Assembly (NCBI GenBank): GCA_965222225.1
Contig: CBDCTK010000002.1
Coordinates: 4,096,001-4,160,000, forward strand
Direction of reading: 5' to 3'
DNA length: 64,000 nucleotides
Source of the DNA: Candidatus Poribacteria bacterium
GTDB taxonomy: Bacteria > Poribacteria > WGA-4E > JAJDTR01
Numbering within the stretch: position 1 is the first letter of the stretch; each line of letters starts with the position of its first letter. The notes beneath the pieces are model-generated. The model was not told where the DNA came from, searched no databases, and saw only the letters and a program-made list of their open reading frames with translations. Position numbers and translations under genes: made by a program. This document shows positions 31,989 to 42,542 of this stretch, piece after piece.

Positions 31989-33989
31989 TTAGTCAACCCT
32001 CTTGTACCTTACTACTGCCGCGCCCGGGCAATCCTTGATAGGAATCGTAAAACCGTTTTCCATCAATTCCCTCCCGCTCATGACCGCTTCTCCAGCAACA
32101 TCAAAAGTGTTTAGTTTGTAGTCGGACTCCGGTACTAATCCATGAAGGGTGAAGATGCAAGTGTCGGTCTCATTCTCGGGTCGGCGGAACGCCTGCACCA
32201 TCCCCTCACCCGACTCCGGCATGTTGAACTGCCAGGCTATCCAGACGTTGTTCTCCAGGCTGTAGGGGGTAAGCGGATAAAAATCACCGTAATAGTAATC
32301 CACAATCTCCCGCCGCTGCCGGTGCAACTTTCGCAGCGCTTCGTAGTCAATCTCTTTGACACGTATGTCAATTGCACTGTTAATGCTCGGATAGCAGGTG
32401 CTCCAGAATGCGTACGATTCTACTGATGTATGGCCTGCTCCGCCGTAGTCGGCGCTCGCATCGGCGACGTTGCCGCCACCGTGGTAGGGAATCCAAAAAG
32501 AGATGCCGTAGGTCTGACACTGCTCTCCCACGGGTTCGTATTGATAGTCGGTCCGCCAAAGCGGCACGGCGCGGCGAAGGGTCTCAAGATCGTTCCGCCG
32601 TCCGCCGGAGGCGCAGGTGTCAATGAGCATATTTGGGCGGCGGCGGATCAACTCGTCCCAATATGCCAAATACCCGGTCACATGCTTGATTTCGGTGATG
32701 CCTTGCCTGTTTTCCGCGTCGTTTCCCCGCCAGTAATCTAGGGGATCCATATTGAAATCCTGCCGATAGACATCAATGCCCTGCAGGGTCAGGAGTTCAT
32801 CAACGTGATTGGTTAACCAGTTCAAGGCGTCCGGATTTCCGAGGTCGAGCAGTCCGCCATCCGCGCCGCCCAACACCCATTCGGGATGATTCTCGGTGAG
32901 CCAGGTATTAGCGGAAACCCGCTCCGGCTCAAACCAAACCATCGTCTTGATGTCCTTGGAATGAGCGTAGTCGCTAATGGCACGCAATCCTCTCGGGAAA
33001 CGCTCGGTGTCCACCTCCCATGTACCCACGTTTCCCCAGCCACCATCACAGGGATACCAGCCGGCATCCATCCACCAATATTGGAGTTTCAGGTTCTCCT
33101 CAATATAGCGATTGATAAACATGATTTGGTTCTCTTCGGTTGCGTTTACCATCTCGCCGTATACGCGGTAACTGGAACCGAGAACACGGGGTTCGGGAAG
33201 TTGCCCGTAGGGTTTGGGCATATTGTGATCCATCATCCACCGCCGCCAGACATTCTGCGAATCGATCCAGTCCCTGTTCTTCCAGAACAGAAGCGCAATC
33301 AACGGCGTGCGAACTTCTTCTTGGGGATGCAGCGTAAAGTGGGTAAGTTCCTGACCGGCGGTGACGTGCATTGTCTTATCCGAACTGCAACTGAAGTCGG
33401 CAGACCATTGACCGGGCCACCCAACAACCACAATAACGCCTTCATCTTTTCTACCTTCAAGGTTGAAGTAGGACATGTCCGTATTCGTCGGACGTCCCCC
33501 GGCACCGCTAAAGCGCTTGTTTGTGCCGGGTTGCATCACCGCTTGGAAGGGCCTGTAAGCGCTCGGTTCGGCGAATCCGCCCGCAAAGTGGTGCAGCACG
33601 ACTCTGTCCTCGTTTTCCTCTGCCCCGAAATTCAAACCTATGTCCAAGGCTTGAATGTCTGAAAGAATGGGGATATCCGAGGTCCCGGTATTCTTGAAGT
33701 AGAGCGTCCACTCGACCACTGGAAAATCGTCGTATTCAACCGCCACGCATCGCACTTGCAAGCCCGTGTGTGAATCCGTGTATGTGAGTGTCCGCCTAGT
33801 GCGGCATTCGTCCAATTCCTCGGAAGCGTCTTCGGTGTCGCAATCTTTGAGAAAATCGGATGATGTCCTATCGCCGTACTTGAAGGAGAAAGGCGGAACA
33901 GACGCATCTCGTCCTAGATTTAAGGCGATCCACTCTCTCCCCGATGCCATCTCTTCAGCGGTTGGTTTTGCTGTGTTTTCAGCGCTCAT
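31989..33989 (-). CDS. GH36 alpha-galactosidase-like glycoside hydrolase
   Basis: WMDAGW, WFEPE, YRQDFN, DTCASGGRRND, LWRTD. Confidence 0.88.
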   Translation of the reverse strand: MSAENTAKPTAEEMASGREWIALNLGRDASVPPFSFKYGDRTSSDFLKDCDTEDASEELDECRTRRTLTYTDSHTGLQVRCVAVEYDDFPVVEWTLYFKNTGTSDIPILSDIQALDIGLNFGAEENEDRVVLHHFAGGFAEPSAYRPFQAVMQPGTNKRFSGAGGRPTNTDMSYFNLEGRKDEGVIVVVGWPGQWSADFSCSSDKTMHVTAGQELTHFTLHPQEEVRTPLIALLFWKNRDWIDSQNVWRRWMMDHNMPKPYGQLPEPRVLGSSYRVYGEMVNATEENQIMFINRYIEENLKLQYWWMDAGWYPCDGGWGNVGTWEVDTERFPRGLRAISDYAHSKDIKTMVWFEPERVSANTWLTENHPEWVLGGADGGLLDLGNPDALNWLTNHVDELLTLQGIDVYRQDFNMDPLDYWRGNDAENRQGITEIKHVTGYLAYWDELIRRRPNMLIDTCASGGRRNDLETLRRAVPLWRTDYQYEPVGEQCQTYGISFWIPYHGGGNVADASADYGGAGHTSVESYAFWSTCYPSINSAIDIRVKEIDYEALRKLHRQRREIVDYYYGDFYPLTPYSLENNVWIAWQFNMPESGEGMVQAFRRPENETDTCIFTLHGLVPESDYKLNTFDVAGEAVMSGRELMENGFTIPIKDCPGAAVVRYKRVD

Positions 33990-34130
33990 GATGGTTTTCT
34001 CCCGTTACACAATTTATGTTAAGTGCGATGCAGGCAATACAGTTTGAACTGTTCAAGACTTACGCAAAAGCAGAAGTGCTAATTTCTGTGACAATCTCAT
34101 ATTGCAGGGCTTTTGTGGGGAATAACGAGG

Positions 34131-34253
34131 GATCAAGGGAACGAATAGTGACTGCGATAGAGATCCATGAAGGTATATAGAAACACCAAAACCCCGTGCA
34201 CATAAGCCCCAGCGCGGGATCAAACGAACGAATAGTGAGTGCGATAGAGATTC
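34131..34253 (+). repeat. Two nearby copies of the 35-bp GATC micro-element (34131..34165, 34218..34253)
   Basis: GATCAAGGGAACGAATAGTGACTGCGATAGAGATC and GATCAAACGAACGAATAGTGAGTGCGATAGAGATTC. Confidence 0.8.
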
Positions 34254-34442
34254 CGGCAGGTTGCAAGGTATCAGGAACCGCTTGAGACTTTTTCAATGGT
34301 CAACCAAAAAGACCAAATGTCTAAAATCTCCCCCGCTTTTCTTCAACGCTTGATTGACACCGTTTGTTGTCTCGCTCAAATGTACAAAGTCGATCTAAGT
34401 CCGATTGTAACTTAATCAGGAATTGCGCGATTCGGTTTTATC

Positions 34443-35303
34443 TTAAGCTATCGTGGGGCCGTCGCCAACCAGTGTGGTACGGTGCAAGATACGTGCGTAT
34501 TTGTTTCCATCCCATGGTCGAGCGCGGTGCAGGCAGCACATATTGTCATATACGACGAGATCATTCGCGCGCCATTTGTGGCTGTAGACGAACTGTGGTT
34601 GGGTAGACCAGTCCAGCAATTCCTTCAGCAACGCTTTGCCCTTTTCAAGGGGCAAACCGATAATGTGCGTTGCATAGGAACCCACCAGCAGCGCCTTTTT
34701 TCCCGTTTCCGGAATTGTCCGCACCAAGACTTGGTTCTGAGACGGTGTCTCCTCCAGAAAGGCTTTGCTCATCAAGTTCGGCGCAATCTGATCACGTGAG
34801 TGTGCCAAGCTGTGTTCTGCGACCAACCCCTCAAGGCTCGCCTTCTTTTCCTCGGACAAGGTGGCGTAGGCGGCGCACAAGCTGGCGAATTCGGTCCCCC
34901 CGCCGTCCGGAGGAACGACCTTTGCCGCTAACAGTGATCCTCGCAACGGTACGCGCTTGAACGAGCCGTCGGAATGCCAAAGTCCGTTGCCCCGGTGATA
35001 GACCATCCGGGGGTCCTCTGGCGGAATGAGTTCCTCATTTTCATCGAGGTTCGTAAGAACACCGACGGGGCCGCCGTCGCCGATGGGATCATTCCGCATC
35101 GTCATTTCTATCTTGCCCAAGCCTTCCGTGAACGTGACATGCTGTTCGTCCGTGATTTCTTGATCGTGGAAGATCAGAACCGCGTGTTCAGCAAGCGTGG
35201 TGCGAAGTTGCGCGAACGTTTCTTGGCTAATTGGCGAAGTAAGGTCAATACCCTGTACCTCGGCTCCGATGTTTTCTGTCAGTTTACGAACGGTGAATGC
35301 CAT
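34443..35303 (-). CDS. TauD/TfdA-family Fe(II)/2-oxoglutarate dioxygenase
   Basis: WHSDGSF, GGGTEFA, HKWRANDLVVYDN...HRARPW, LHRTT. Confidence 0.92.
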   Translation of the reverse strand: MAFTVRKLTENIGAEVQGIDLTSPISQETFAQLRTTLAEHAVLIFHDQEITDEQHVTFTEGLGKIEMTMRNDPIGDGGPVGVLTNLDENEELIPPEDPRMVYHRGNGLWHSDGSFKRVPLRGSLLAAKVVPPDGGGTEFASLCAAYATLSEEKKASLEGLVAEHSLAHSRDQIAPNLMSKAFLEETPSQNQVLVRTIPETGKKALLVGSYATHIIGLPLEKGKALLKELLDWSTQPQFVYSHKWRANDLVVYDNMCCLHRARPWDGNKYARILHRTTLVGDGPTIA

Positions 35304-36033
35304 TGTCTCGTCTCATCAATCTTATCAACGCAGCCACGGGAAAACCCCTAGCGAGTCAGGTGTCAACTATATATTATCGGTGGGAAAAAAGCAATAGAAA
35401 AATATGTGCTGTAGTGAGTAGCAAAGCAATCCTCCGGTTGTAGTGGATGTAGAAGTGTGTTATGGCTGCGACGAAATCTATTGGTAAGTCCACTTCCGTC
35501 CGGGATTCAGTTGTAGGAGCATTCATGGCTGCGTTGCGGGACTTGAGAGCAACCCTCGGGACGCCTACGGTTTCTTGTGGATCGACTATCATGAACTATG
35601 GTATAATTACAGCGTTTCCGCACAGTAGTCATGTCCTTGAATCGTTAATCATGGAACAGAGCAATCGCTGATTCCTTTCCACTGCTCTTCGAAGTCACAG
35701 TCCATAATGTCCTCGAATCGGTTGGTATTGCCAAGAAATCTACCTGAATTCGCGGCGGATCGAAATGCTTCAAACCAGACTGACGATTTAACCCTCCAAT
35801 GCACCACGCTTTCAGTCACGCTCGATTTGTAAGAAGCCGGATCGATACCCGTCGCTGATTCTCCTCTGCTCAGAAATTAACAAATCAAAGTACCGGGTAA
35901 TGAGGTGCCGTCTTTGTGCACAGTCCCTCCCGTTTCTGAAGCCACGTTTATCTTTCCGGGGTAACTCGGCAGATTAGCATCCGGCTAGCGGTGACCTTTA
36001 CAAGTGATTGCCCCATTTTCGATAGGAGGAATC

Positions 36034-37026
36034 ATGCCGTTAAAATCGAACTACAGACTGCTGTTTTTCGCAGGACTTTTTGCCATTCTATTGACTGAGG
36101 CGATGGTCGCGAGAAACGCGCTCGCCTTCAACACAAGTCGGATTGTTTTTGCATCCCTGAGAGATGGCAACAAGGAAATCTATGTAATGGATGCCGATGG
36201 AGGAAACCAAGAAAACCTGACAAACAATCCAGCGTATGACGGCCAGCCGGATTGGTCCCCTGACGGGACGAAGATTGCATTCGTTTCCCGCCGAGACGGC
36301 GTTTCTCAAATCTACGTAATGAACGCCGATGGAAAGAACCCGATTAGACTGACAGATGGACCGCGGTGGAAGCGGGATCCAGACTGGTCTCCCGATGGGG
36401 GTAAGATTGCATTCACCGTCAACGCAGATTGGAAAAAAGAAGAGTGGTTAGATCATATCGCCGTGATGGATGCTGATGGAAATAATCGTGTGAAGCATGA
36501 AGACCACGCGATGCAGCCATCATGGTCTCCTGATGGGGGTGAGATTGCATTCACATCCTGGAGAGATGATTGGAACTGGGATATTTACGTGATAGGCGCT
36601 GACAGACGGGGGCTTAAAAGGGTGACGCACGATTTAGCGCCTAAATTCAGACCAGCGTTTTCTCCCGACGGGGGACGGATTGCATACATGTCCGAGCACG
36701 AAGGATTCAATCACATCTATGTGGTGGGGGCGGATGGTAGAAATCGGGTGAGGCTTACGCACAATCAAGAGAATCATTTGGACCCCGCATGGTCTACCGA
36801 TGGACAGGCGATTGCATATTATCTCTCGGAGGGCATCTGGCCCGGGAACTTTCGCAGCACGATGCACTTGATGGCCTCCAATGGAAGGTATATTAGGCAA
36901 CTTAGCGATGGCCGTAATGCGCGCGATCTCTACCCCGACATTAGCCCGCTAGGATTTGCTGTGTCCCCAGCCGCGAAGTTTGTCACCATCTGGGGCAAGA
37001 TCAAAATGCTAACATTGGGTCGTTGA
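36034..37026 (+). CDS. Secreted TolB-like PD40-repeat beta-propeller protein 1
   Basis: Signal peptide, repeated PxWSPDGxxIAF, C-terminal VTIWGKIK. GGAGG before ATG 36034. Confidence 0.88.
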   Translation: MPLKSNYRLLFFAGLFAILLTEAMVARNALAFNTSRIVFASLRDGNKEIYVMDADGGNQENLTNNPAYDGQPDWSPDGTKIAFVSRRDGVSQIYVMNADGKNPIRLTDGPRWKRDPDWSPDGGKIAFTVNADWKKEEWLDHIAVMDADGNNRVKHEDHAMQPSWSPDGGEIAFTSWRDDWNWDIYVIGADRRGLKRVTHDLAPKFRPAFSPDGGRIAYMSEHEGFNHIYVVGADGRNRVRLTHNQENHLDPAWSTDGQAIAYYLSEGIWPGNFRSTMHLMASNGRYIRQLSDGRNARDLYPDISPLGFAVSPAAKFVTIWGKIKMLTLGR

Positions 37027-37080
37027 TGATGTGTGCGACGCGGTTGACACATCCGCTTATTTTCAAAATAGGAGGAACAG

Positions 37081-38058
37081 ATGTCATTCACAGCTAGACG
37101 ATTCTTGACTACAATGCTTGTCGTCTCCGTGTTAATCCAGATGCAGTTTGCTAAAAGCGGTTACGCCGCTCAGAGACCCAAGATTGCCTTCAGCTCTACG
37201 AGAGATGGAAACAGCGAAATCTACGTCATGGATATTGACGGACGTAATCATGTAAGACTAACGTATGATCCGGCGATTGACTATGATCCGTCGTGGTCTC
37301 CGAATGGCGATAGGATTGCGTTTGTCTCCAACAGAGACAATGGAGTTGAACAAATCTACGTCTTGGATTCTGACGGACGGAATTTGATGAGACTGACAAA
37401 CGAAGCGGTAAATCGGGAGCCGACGTGGTCTCCCACCGGAGAAAAGATTGCGTACACTCGCAGCAGAGGAGGACGTCAGGTTTGGGTAATGGACGACGAC
37501 GGACAAAACCAGACACGTTTGACTCAAATAGGCAAGAACCTTCACCCAGCCTGGTCGCCTGATGGGGTACGAATTGCCTTCGTATCCGTTAGGGACGGAA
37601 GGACCGGTATATACGCAATGGATAAGAACGGTAATAATCAGGAAAGAATCACCCTACACATGGTGATTCCGGGCCATCCATCGTGGTCTCCCGACGGTAA
37701 ATGGATTGCGTATGAATCTCTTGACGAAGAAAGCAAATTTCAAATCTTTCTCGTGAAAACCGATGGCAGCGGTCTTTCGAAAAGGCTAACACACAATCCA
37801 CCGAATAAATGGCGTCCTGCATGGTCCCCCGATGGCGACACGATTGCCTACGTGTCAGTAGAGCCCTTTCCCTTCCAAAATATGACGATTCACTTGATGA
37901 CTGCCCGTGGAAATCATCTTAAACAACTCAGTGAGGAGCACAATGGTTCGGATAACGATCCCGATTGGTATGCTCCGGTAGGATGGTCGGTGTCTCCCGC
38001 CGCAAACTTCATTACCATGTGGGGCGAGATTAAAAAGCCAACATCGGCTCTCCGTTGA
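37081..38058 (+). CDS. Secreted TolB-like PD40-repeat protein 2
   Basis: WSPDG repeats, C-terminal ITMWGEIK. Confidence 0.88.
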   Translation: MSFTARRFLTTMLVVSVLIQMQFAKSGYAAQRPKIAFSSTRDGNSEIYVMDIDGRNHVRLTYDPAIDYDPSWSPNGDRIAFVSNRDNGVEQIYVLDSDGRNLMRLTNEAVNREPTWSPTGEKIAYTRSRGGRQVWVMDDDGQNQTRLTQIGKNLHPAWSPDGVRIAFVSVRDGRTGIYAMDKNGNNQERITLHMVIPGHPSWSPDGKWIAYESLDEESKFQIFLVKTDGSGLSKRLTHNPPNKWRPAWSPDGDTIAYVSVEPFPFQNMTIHLMTARGNHLKQLSEEHNGSDNDPDWYAPVGWSVSPAANFITMWGEIKKPTSALR

Positions 38059-38108
38059 TGTGTACGGCGCGCTTGAAACTGCAGCTTTTTTTAAAAAAGG
38101 AGGAACAG

Positions 38109-39085
38109 ATGTCATTCAAAGCTAGACAACTGACGGGGACAGCGCTTGTCATCTCCCTGCTAATCCAGATGCACATTGCAGCAAGCAGTTACGCCTCTCG
38201 CAGAACCAAGATAGCCTTCACCTCTACGCGTGACGGGAATACTGAAATTTATGTCATGGATGGTGACGGGAGTAACCAGAGAAGAGTAACGGTAAATCCA
38301 GCAAGTGATGAATATCCGGCATGGTCTCCCGACGGCAAAAAGATTGCCTTTGTTTCCAATAGAAACAACGTAAACAAAGATCACAAGCAAATCTGGGTGA
38401 TCGACGCCGACGGGTAGAACCCGATTAGACTGACGGACGGGTTGGTGGACTCTTATCCGGATTGGTCGCCAGACGGCACGAAAATTGTGTACGACGCCCA
38501 TCTTCATCCAGAGGAACATCATGTAGCCCCCGCCGGGATTACTGTAATGGATGCGGATGGGAACAACAAGAGACTACTTACGGGTGAAGGCGCACATGCG
38601 TCGTGGTCGCCCGATGGAAAACGAATAGCATTTGTCTCCGGTAGAAATGAAAAAGTCAGTCACATTTTCGTAATGGATGCCGACGGACAGAATCAGATAG
38701 AGTTAACGCATGACTTCGTGCATAAACGTCTGCCATCATGGTCACCCGACGGGAAGCGCATCGCGTATGTGGGCGATAACGTGATTTGGGTGGTGGATAG
38801 CGACGGAGCGAACCAGAGGCAACTCACCAATATAATTACGGAAGAACACCCTACATGGTCACCGGACAGTGAATCCATTGCTTTTCACTCTTTTACAAGG
38901 GATCGTGGAACTGGGATTTACATGGTGGATGTAACTAACGGCGCTGTCGACGTTTTGCAAGTTGATCCCGCGTTCTTTAATCTCGACCCGATTGGCTCTA
39001 TCCCGGAGGACTCTCCGTTTCGCCGGAAGGTAGCCGGATTACAATTTGGGGCAGGATGAAGAGTACCGCGCTCAGCCTCCGGTGA
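38109..39085 (+). pseudogene. TolB-like PD40-repeat protein 3, pseudogene; close paralog of 39471..40457
   Basis: TAG at 38415..38417 where the paralog has AAG, and a one-base deletion at ~38990 (CCGATTGG versus CCGGATTGG). Confidence 0.88.
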
Positions 39086-39248
39086 GGGGTGCGCTTGGTC
39101 GGTGGCAGTTAACGTTGTCTGAACTGTGATTCATGAGAATACGGGATTACCTTGATTGTACGTGATTAGTTGCGAGTCATGAGGCGACTATTCCGCATCT
39201 TGCAGCCACTAGGAATTAGGGAAAAAACCTAGTCTATAAGAAAAAAGG

Positions 39249-39391
39249 GATGAACGGAGTGAACAGCGAGTGGGATGGACTATCGCACGGGATTTGCTAT
39301 CGATCAAGTGAGCGAAAAGCGAACGCGATAGCCAGTCTTGCTCCTTATTCAGTCGCTTGATCGATATTCACTCACTTGACCGATAGAGGTC
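39249..39391. repeat. Four-level nest of the 35-bp micro-element in mixed orientations
   Basis: Innermost forward copy 39302..39337, enclosed by two split reverse copies and one split forward copy. Confidence 0.65.
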
Positions 39392-39470
39392 CCTTGCGCT
39401 AAAAACTGTCGGTTGATGTCTAGAATATTGTAATTCGCATATTAATTTTGCTCTGACTAAGGAGGAAAAA

Positions 39471-40457
39471 ATGACATTCAAAGCTAGACGCTTGTCCGTG
39501 GCAGCGCGTGTCATGTCTCTGTTAATACAGATGCACATTGCAGAAAACGGTTACGCCTCTCGCAGAACCAAGATCGCCTTCTCCTCTATGCGTGACGGGA
39601 ATTTGGAAATTTATGTCATGGATGGCGACGGGAGAAACCAGAGAAGAGTAGCGGTAAATCCGGCAAGGGACGAATATCCGGCATGGTCTCCCGACGGGAA
39701 AAAGATTGCGTTTGAATCCAATCGAAACAATGTAAACAAAGATCACAGGCAAATTTGGGTGATCGACGCCGACGGGAAGAACCCGATTCGACTGACGGAC
39801 GGGTTGGTGGACACTCATCCGGATTGGTCGCCAGACGGCACGAAAATTGTGTACGACGCCTATCTTGTTCCAGAGGACCATAATTTAGCACCCGGTGGGA
39901 TTGCTGTAATGGATGCGGATGGGAACAACAAGAGGTTAGTTAAGAATGCAAGAGGCTCACAATCGTCCTGGTCGCCCGATGGAAAACGAATAGCATTTAT
40001 CGCCGGTAAAAATCCTGGTGACGACTCTCAAATTTACGTAATGGATGTCGACGGACGAAATCGGTTGCAGTTAACGCATGACTTTGTGCACAAACGTTTG
40101 CCATCATGGTCACACGACGGGAAGCGCATCGCGTATGGTGGCGACAACGTGATTTGGGTGGTGGATAGCGACGGAGAGAATCCGAGGCAACTCACGTGGC
40201 ATGTTACGGAAGAACACCCTACATGGTCACCGGACAGCGAATCCATCGCGTTTCACTCTTTTGGAAGGGATCCTGGAATTGTTGGGATTTACACGGTGGA
40301 TGTAACTATCGGCGCTGTCGACCCTTTGCCAAGTGATCCCGGCTTCCAGAATTACTATCCGGATTGGCTCTATCCCGGAGGACTCTCCGTTTCGCCGGAA
40401 GGTAGCCAGAATACAATTTGGGGCAGGATAAAGCAATTGGCGGTCAACCTGCGGTAG
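39471..40457 (+). CDS. Secreted TolB-like PD40-repeat protein 4
   Basis: WSPDG repeats, C-terminal NTIWGRIK; AAGGAGG RBS. Confidence 0.88.
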   Translation: MTFKARRLSVAARVMSLLIQMHIAENGYASRRTKIAFSSMRDGNLEIYVMDGDGRNQRRVAVNPARDEYPAWSPDGKKIAFESNRNNVNKDHRQIWVIDADGKNPIRLTDGLVDTHPDWSPDGTKIVYDAYLVPEDHNLAPGGIAVMDADGNNKRLVKNARGSQSSWSPDGKRIAFIAGKNPGDDSQIYVMDVDGRNRLQLTHDFVHKRLPSWSHDGKRIAYGGDNVIWVVDSDGENPRQLTWHVTEEHPTWSPDSESIAFHSFGRDPGIVGIYTVDVTIGAVDPLPSDPGFQNYYPDWLYPGGLSVSPEGSQNTIWGRIKQLAVNLR

Positions 40458-40592
40458 TTTGCACACCGAATCGGTGAAATCGAAGGGATTGCGGCGTGCC
40501 GCTCCGCTACCTAGTTCATTGGTGGTACATCCGTGCGGCAAGCTTACCACATTAAAGGAGGGAGAACATGCGAATCAAGTCGATAAATAAAC

Positions 40593-41392
40593 GAGAGTAT
40601 TCACACAAAGATAGATAAGGCAATCTTCTGATACCGACGGAAGACCTCTGGGTTGGTCAAAGCAGTCCATAACTTCATGGCATTGTCCACCATCTCAAGT
40701 TTCTTGGATACTATTTTGGTGCGGCGTGTGAATCGTCCAAGATGATGGCGTGTATTGCTGTTATCACGTTCGACTGTTGCTGTCCCTGATTTCCCGATGT
40801 GATGACGCTCCGCAGGAAGTACCTTGGCAAACGCTTCCCAATTGTCAGTGTAATACTGGCAATCACTTAAGTGTTTCACTTTGTCGAATAGCCGTCTGAA
40901 GGTATCAGCATCACGACCACCGATAACCCAGGCAACGGTTTTGCCTGTTTCACGAGAAACTGCTTTGTGAATCCATCTTTTGTTTTTTTTGACCCGATAA
41001 AATGCCACATCTCATCAAATTCCAATTCACGGGTATTGATTGGAATCTCAGGCTCCGACAACAGGGCTGCTTCCTTTGCAGGCCATTTTTGAACAGTACT
41101 TGGCGATACATTAAACAAGTTGGCAATAGTGCCGTAAGACGCTTTTGCAAGCGAGTAGAGAATTACTGCAAAAGCACGCTTGATGGTGGTTTGAGGGTTG
41201 GTTCTCTCGTCTCCCTCAACGAAATTATAACCGCACGTTTTACAACGGTATCGCTGTTTGGAACGAACGAATCCGTTTTTCGTGACTTCCGAACTTTGAC
41301 AGTTCTTACAGTTTGACATAATATCTCCTTCCTGACCTTTCTGGTTAGTTAGAAGAATTATATCATAAATCTATCTATATGGCAATACTCTC
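40593..41392 (-). mobile_element. IS1-family insertion sequence (800 bp) in codon 9 of PD40 gene 5
   Basis: Terminal IR GAGAGTATT at both ends; 8-bp TSD AAATAAAC / AAGTAAAC with one mismatch. Confidence 0.88.
40601..41319 (-). CDS. IS1-family transposase (InsA-like 40876..41319 + InsB-like 40601..41008) joined by a programmed -1 frameshift
   Basis: Zn finger CKNC...QRYRCKTC, EFDEMWHF, A8C slippery run at 40982..40990, YTDNW, ERDNSNTRH. Confidence 0.88.
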
Positions 41393-42362
41393 AAGTAAAC
41401 TTCTGTTTTTCATGGGACTATGCACATCCTTGGTGAGTGGGGAGCTATTGGTGGGAACCGGATTTACCTCGCACCACAAACCACAGATTGCATTCACTTC
41501 TATAAAAGATAGGAATGCTGAAATCTATGTGATGGATGCCGATGGAGAAAACCAAATCAGGTTAACAAAACATGTGGCGAGTGACCGTCATCCCTCGTGG
41601 TCTCCCGATGGGGAGCGGATTGCATTCACTTCCAATAGAATTAGTATTGGCGGTGAAATGTACGTGATGGATAGCGATGGAAAGAATCTGATTAGGTTAA
41701 CAAATGGAGAATGGGACACAAATCCAGCGTGGTCTCCTGACGGAAAAAAGATCGCCTTCGAGTCCTCTCCAGCGAAAGGTAATTCTGAGATATACGTGAT
41801 GGATGCCGATGGAAGAAATCAGACCCGACTAACAGATAGTCCGAGGTATGACGGACACCCGTCATGGTCGCCCGACGGTCAAAGGATTGCATTCGTATCG
41901 CAAAGGGGTGGTTTCAGGATTCAAATCTACGTGATGGACAGCAACGGCGAGAATCAGACGAGATTAACACACGATGGCGGGAATAAGCGTGAGCCCTCAT
42001 GGTCTCCTGACGGGCAAAGCATCGCTTTCATGCTCAACAATTTTGCCTCGATTCAAATCTACGTGATGGATAGCGACGGCAAGAATCGGACAAGGTTAAC
42101 AGACGGAAGGCACGACTGGAGTCCAGCTTGGTCGCCGGACGGCGAGATGATTGCATACGAGTCGTGGATAGGGGAAGACTTCCTTAGCAAAATCCACTTG
42201 ATGACTGCCGACGGAATGTACCTCAAACAACTCAGCGACTTGCACGAACGTGGAGATTACGATCCTGACTGGTTTGATCCTGCATCGCTTGGTGTGACTT
42301 CCGTAGGCATCACAATTACAATCTGGGGCAGGATCAAGAGATTAGCGTTGAACCTCCAGTAA
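41379..42362 (+). CDS. TolB-like PD40-repeat protein 5; original start at 40568 cut off by IS1
   Basis: Removing the IS and one TSD gives MRIKSINKLLFFMGL... in frame. The present ATG 41379 lies inside the IS end. C-terminal ITIWGRIK. Confidence 0.8.
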   Translation: MAILSSKLLFFMGLCTSLVSGELLVGTGFTSHHKPQIAFTSIKDRNAEIYVMDADGENQIRLTKHVASDRHPSWSPDGERIAFTSNRISIGGEMYVMDSDGKNLIRLTNGEWDTNPAWSPDGKKIAFESSPAKGNSEIYVMDADGRNQTRLTDSPRYDGHPSWSPDGQRIAFVSQRGGFRIQIYVMDSNGENQTRLTHDGGNKREPSWSPDGQSIAFMLNNFASIQIYVMDSDGKNRTRLTDGRHDWSPAWSPDGEMIAYESWIGEDFLSKIHLMTADGMYLKQLSDLHERGDYDPDWFDPASLGVTSVGITITIWGRIKRLALNLQ

Positions 42363-42542
42363 ATCGCACATTTACTCGACGTATTGCATTGTTTGAAACT
42401 GATTTAATTCAAATGAAAAATGTGCTCATGCGGATTAGAACCGATTGGCTGCCAGATTTATAGCCATTTTACCATCATATTTACACATATTAAAGAGAGA
42501 AATTGTCGATTTGAAGATTGTTACGACAAGCCTACTGTAGGG

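Noticed and set aside
34131-34253. Two ~36-bp repeats about 52 bp apart resembling a mini CRISPR array
   Set aside because: Only two imperfect copies; the spacer is itself a repeat also seen at ~690-735; other copies are dispersed, nested and in both orientations; no cas genes.
35374-35990. Long intergenic stretch with short ORFs, possible ncRNA or riboswitch
   Set aside because: I could not recognise any motif, stable structure or protein family.
36034-42362. Calling the PD40 genes tolB
   Set aside because: No TolB N-terminal domain and no tolQRA/pal context; five tandem paralogs.
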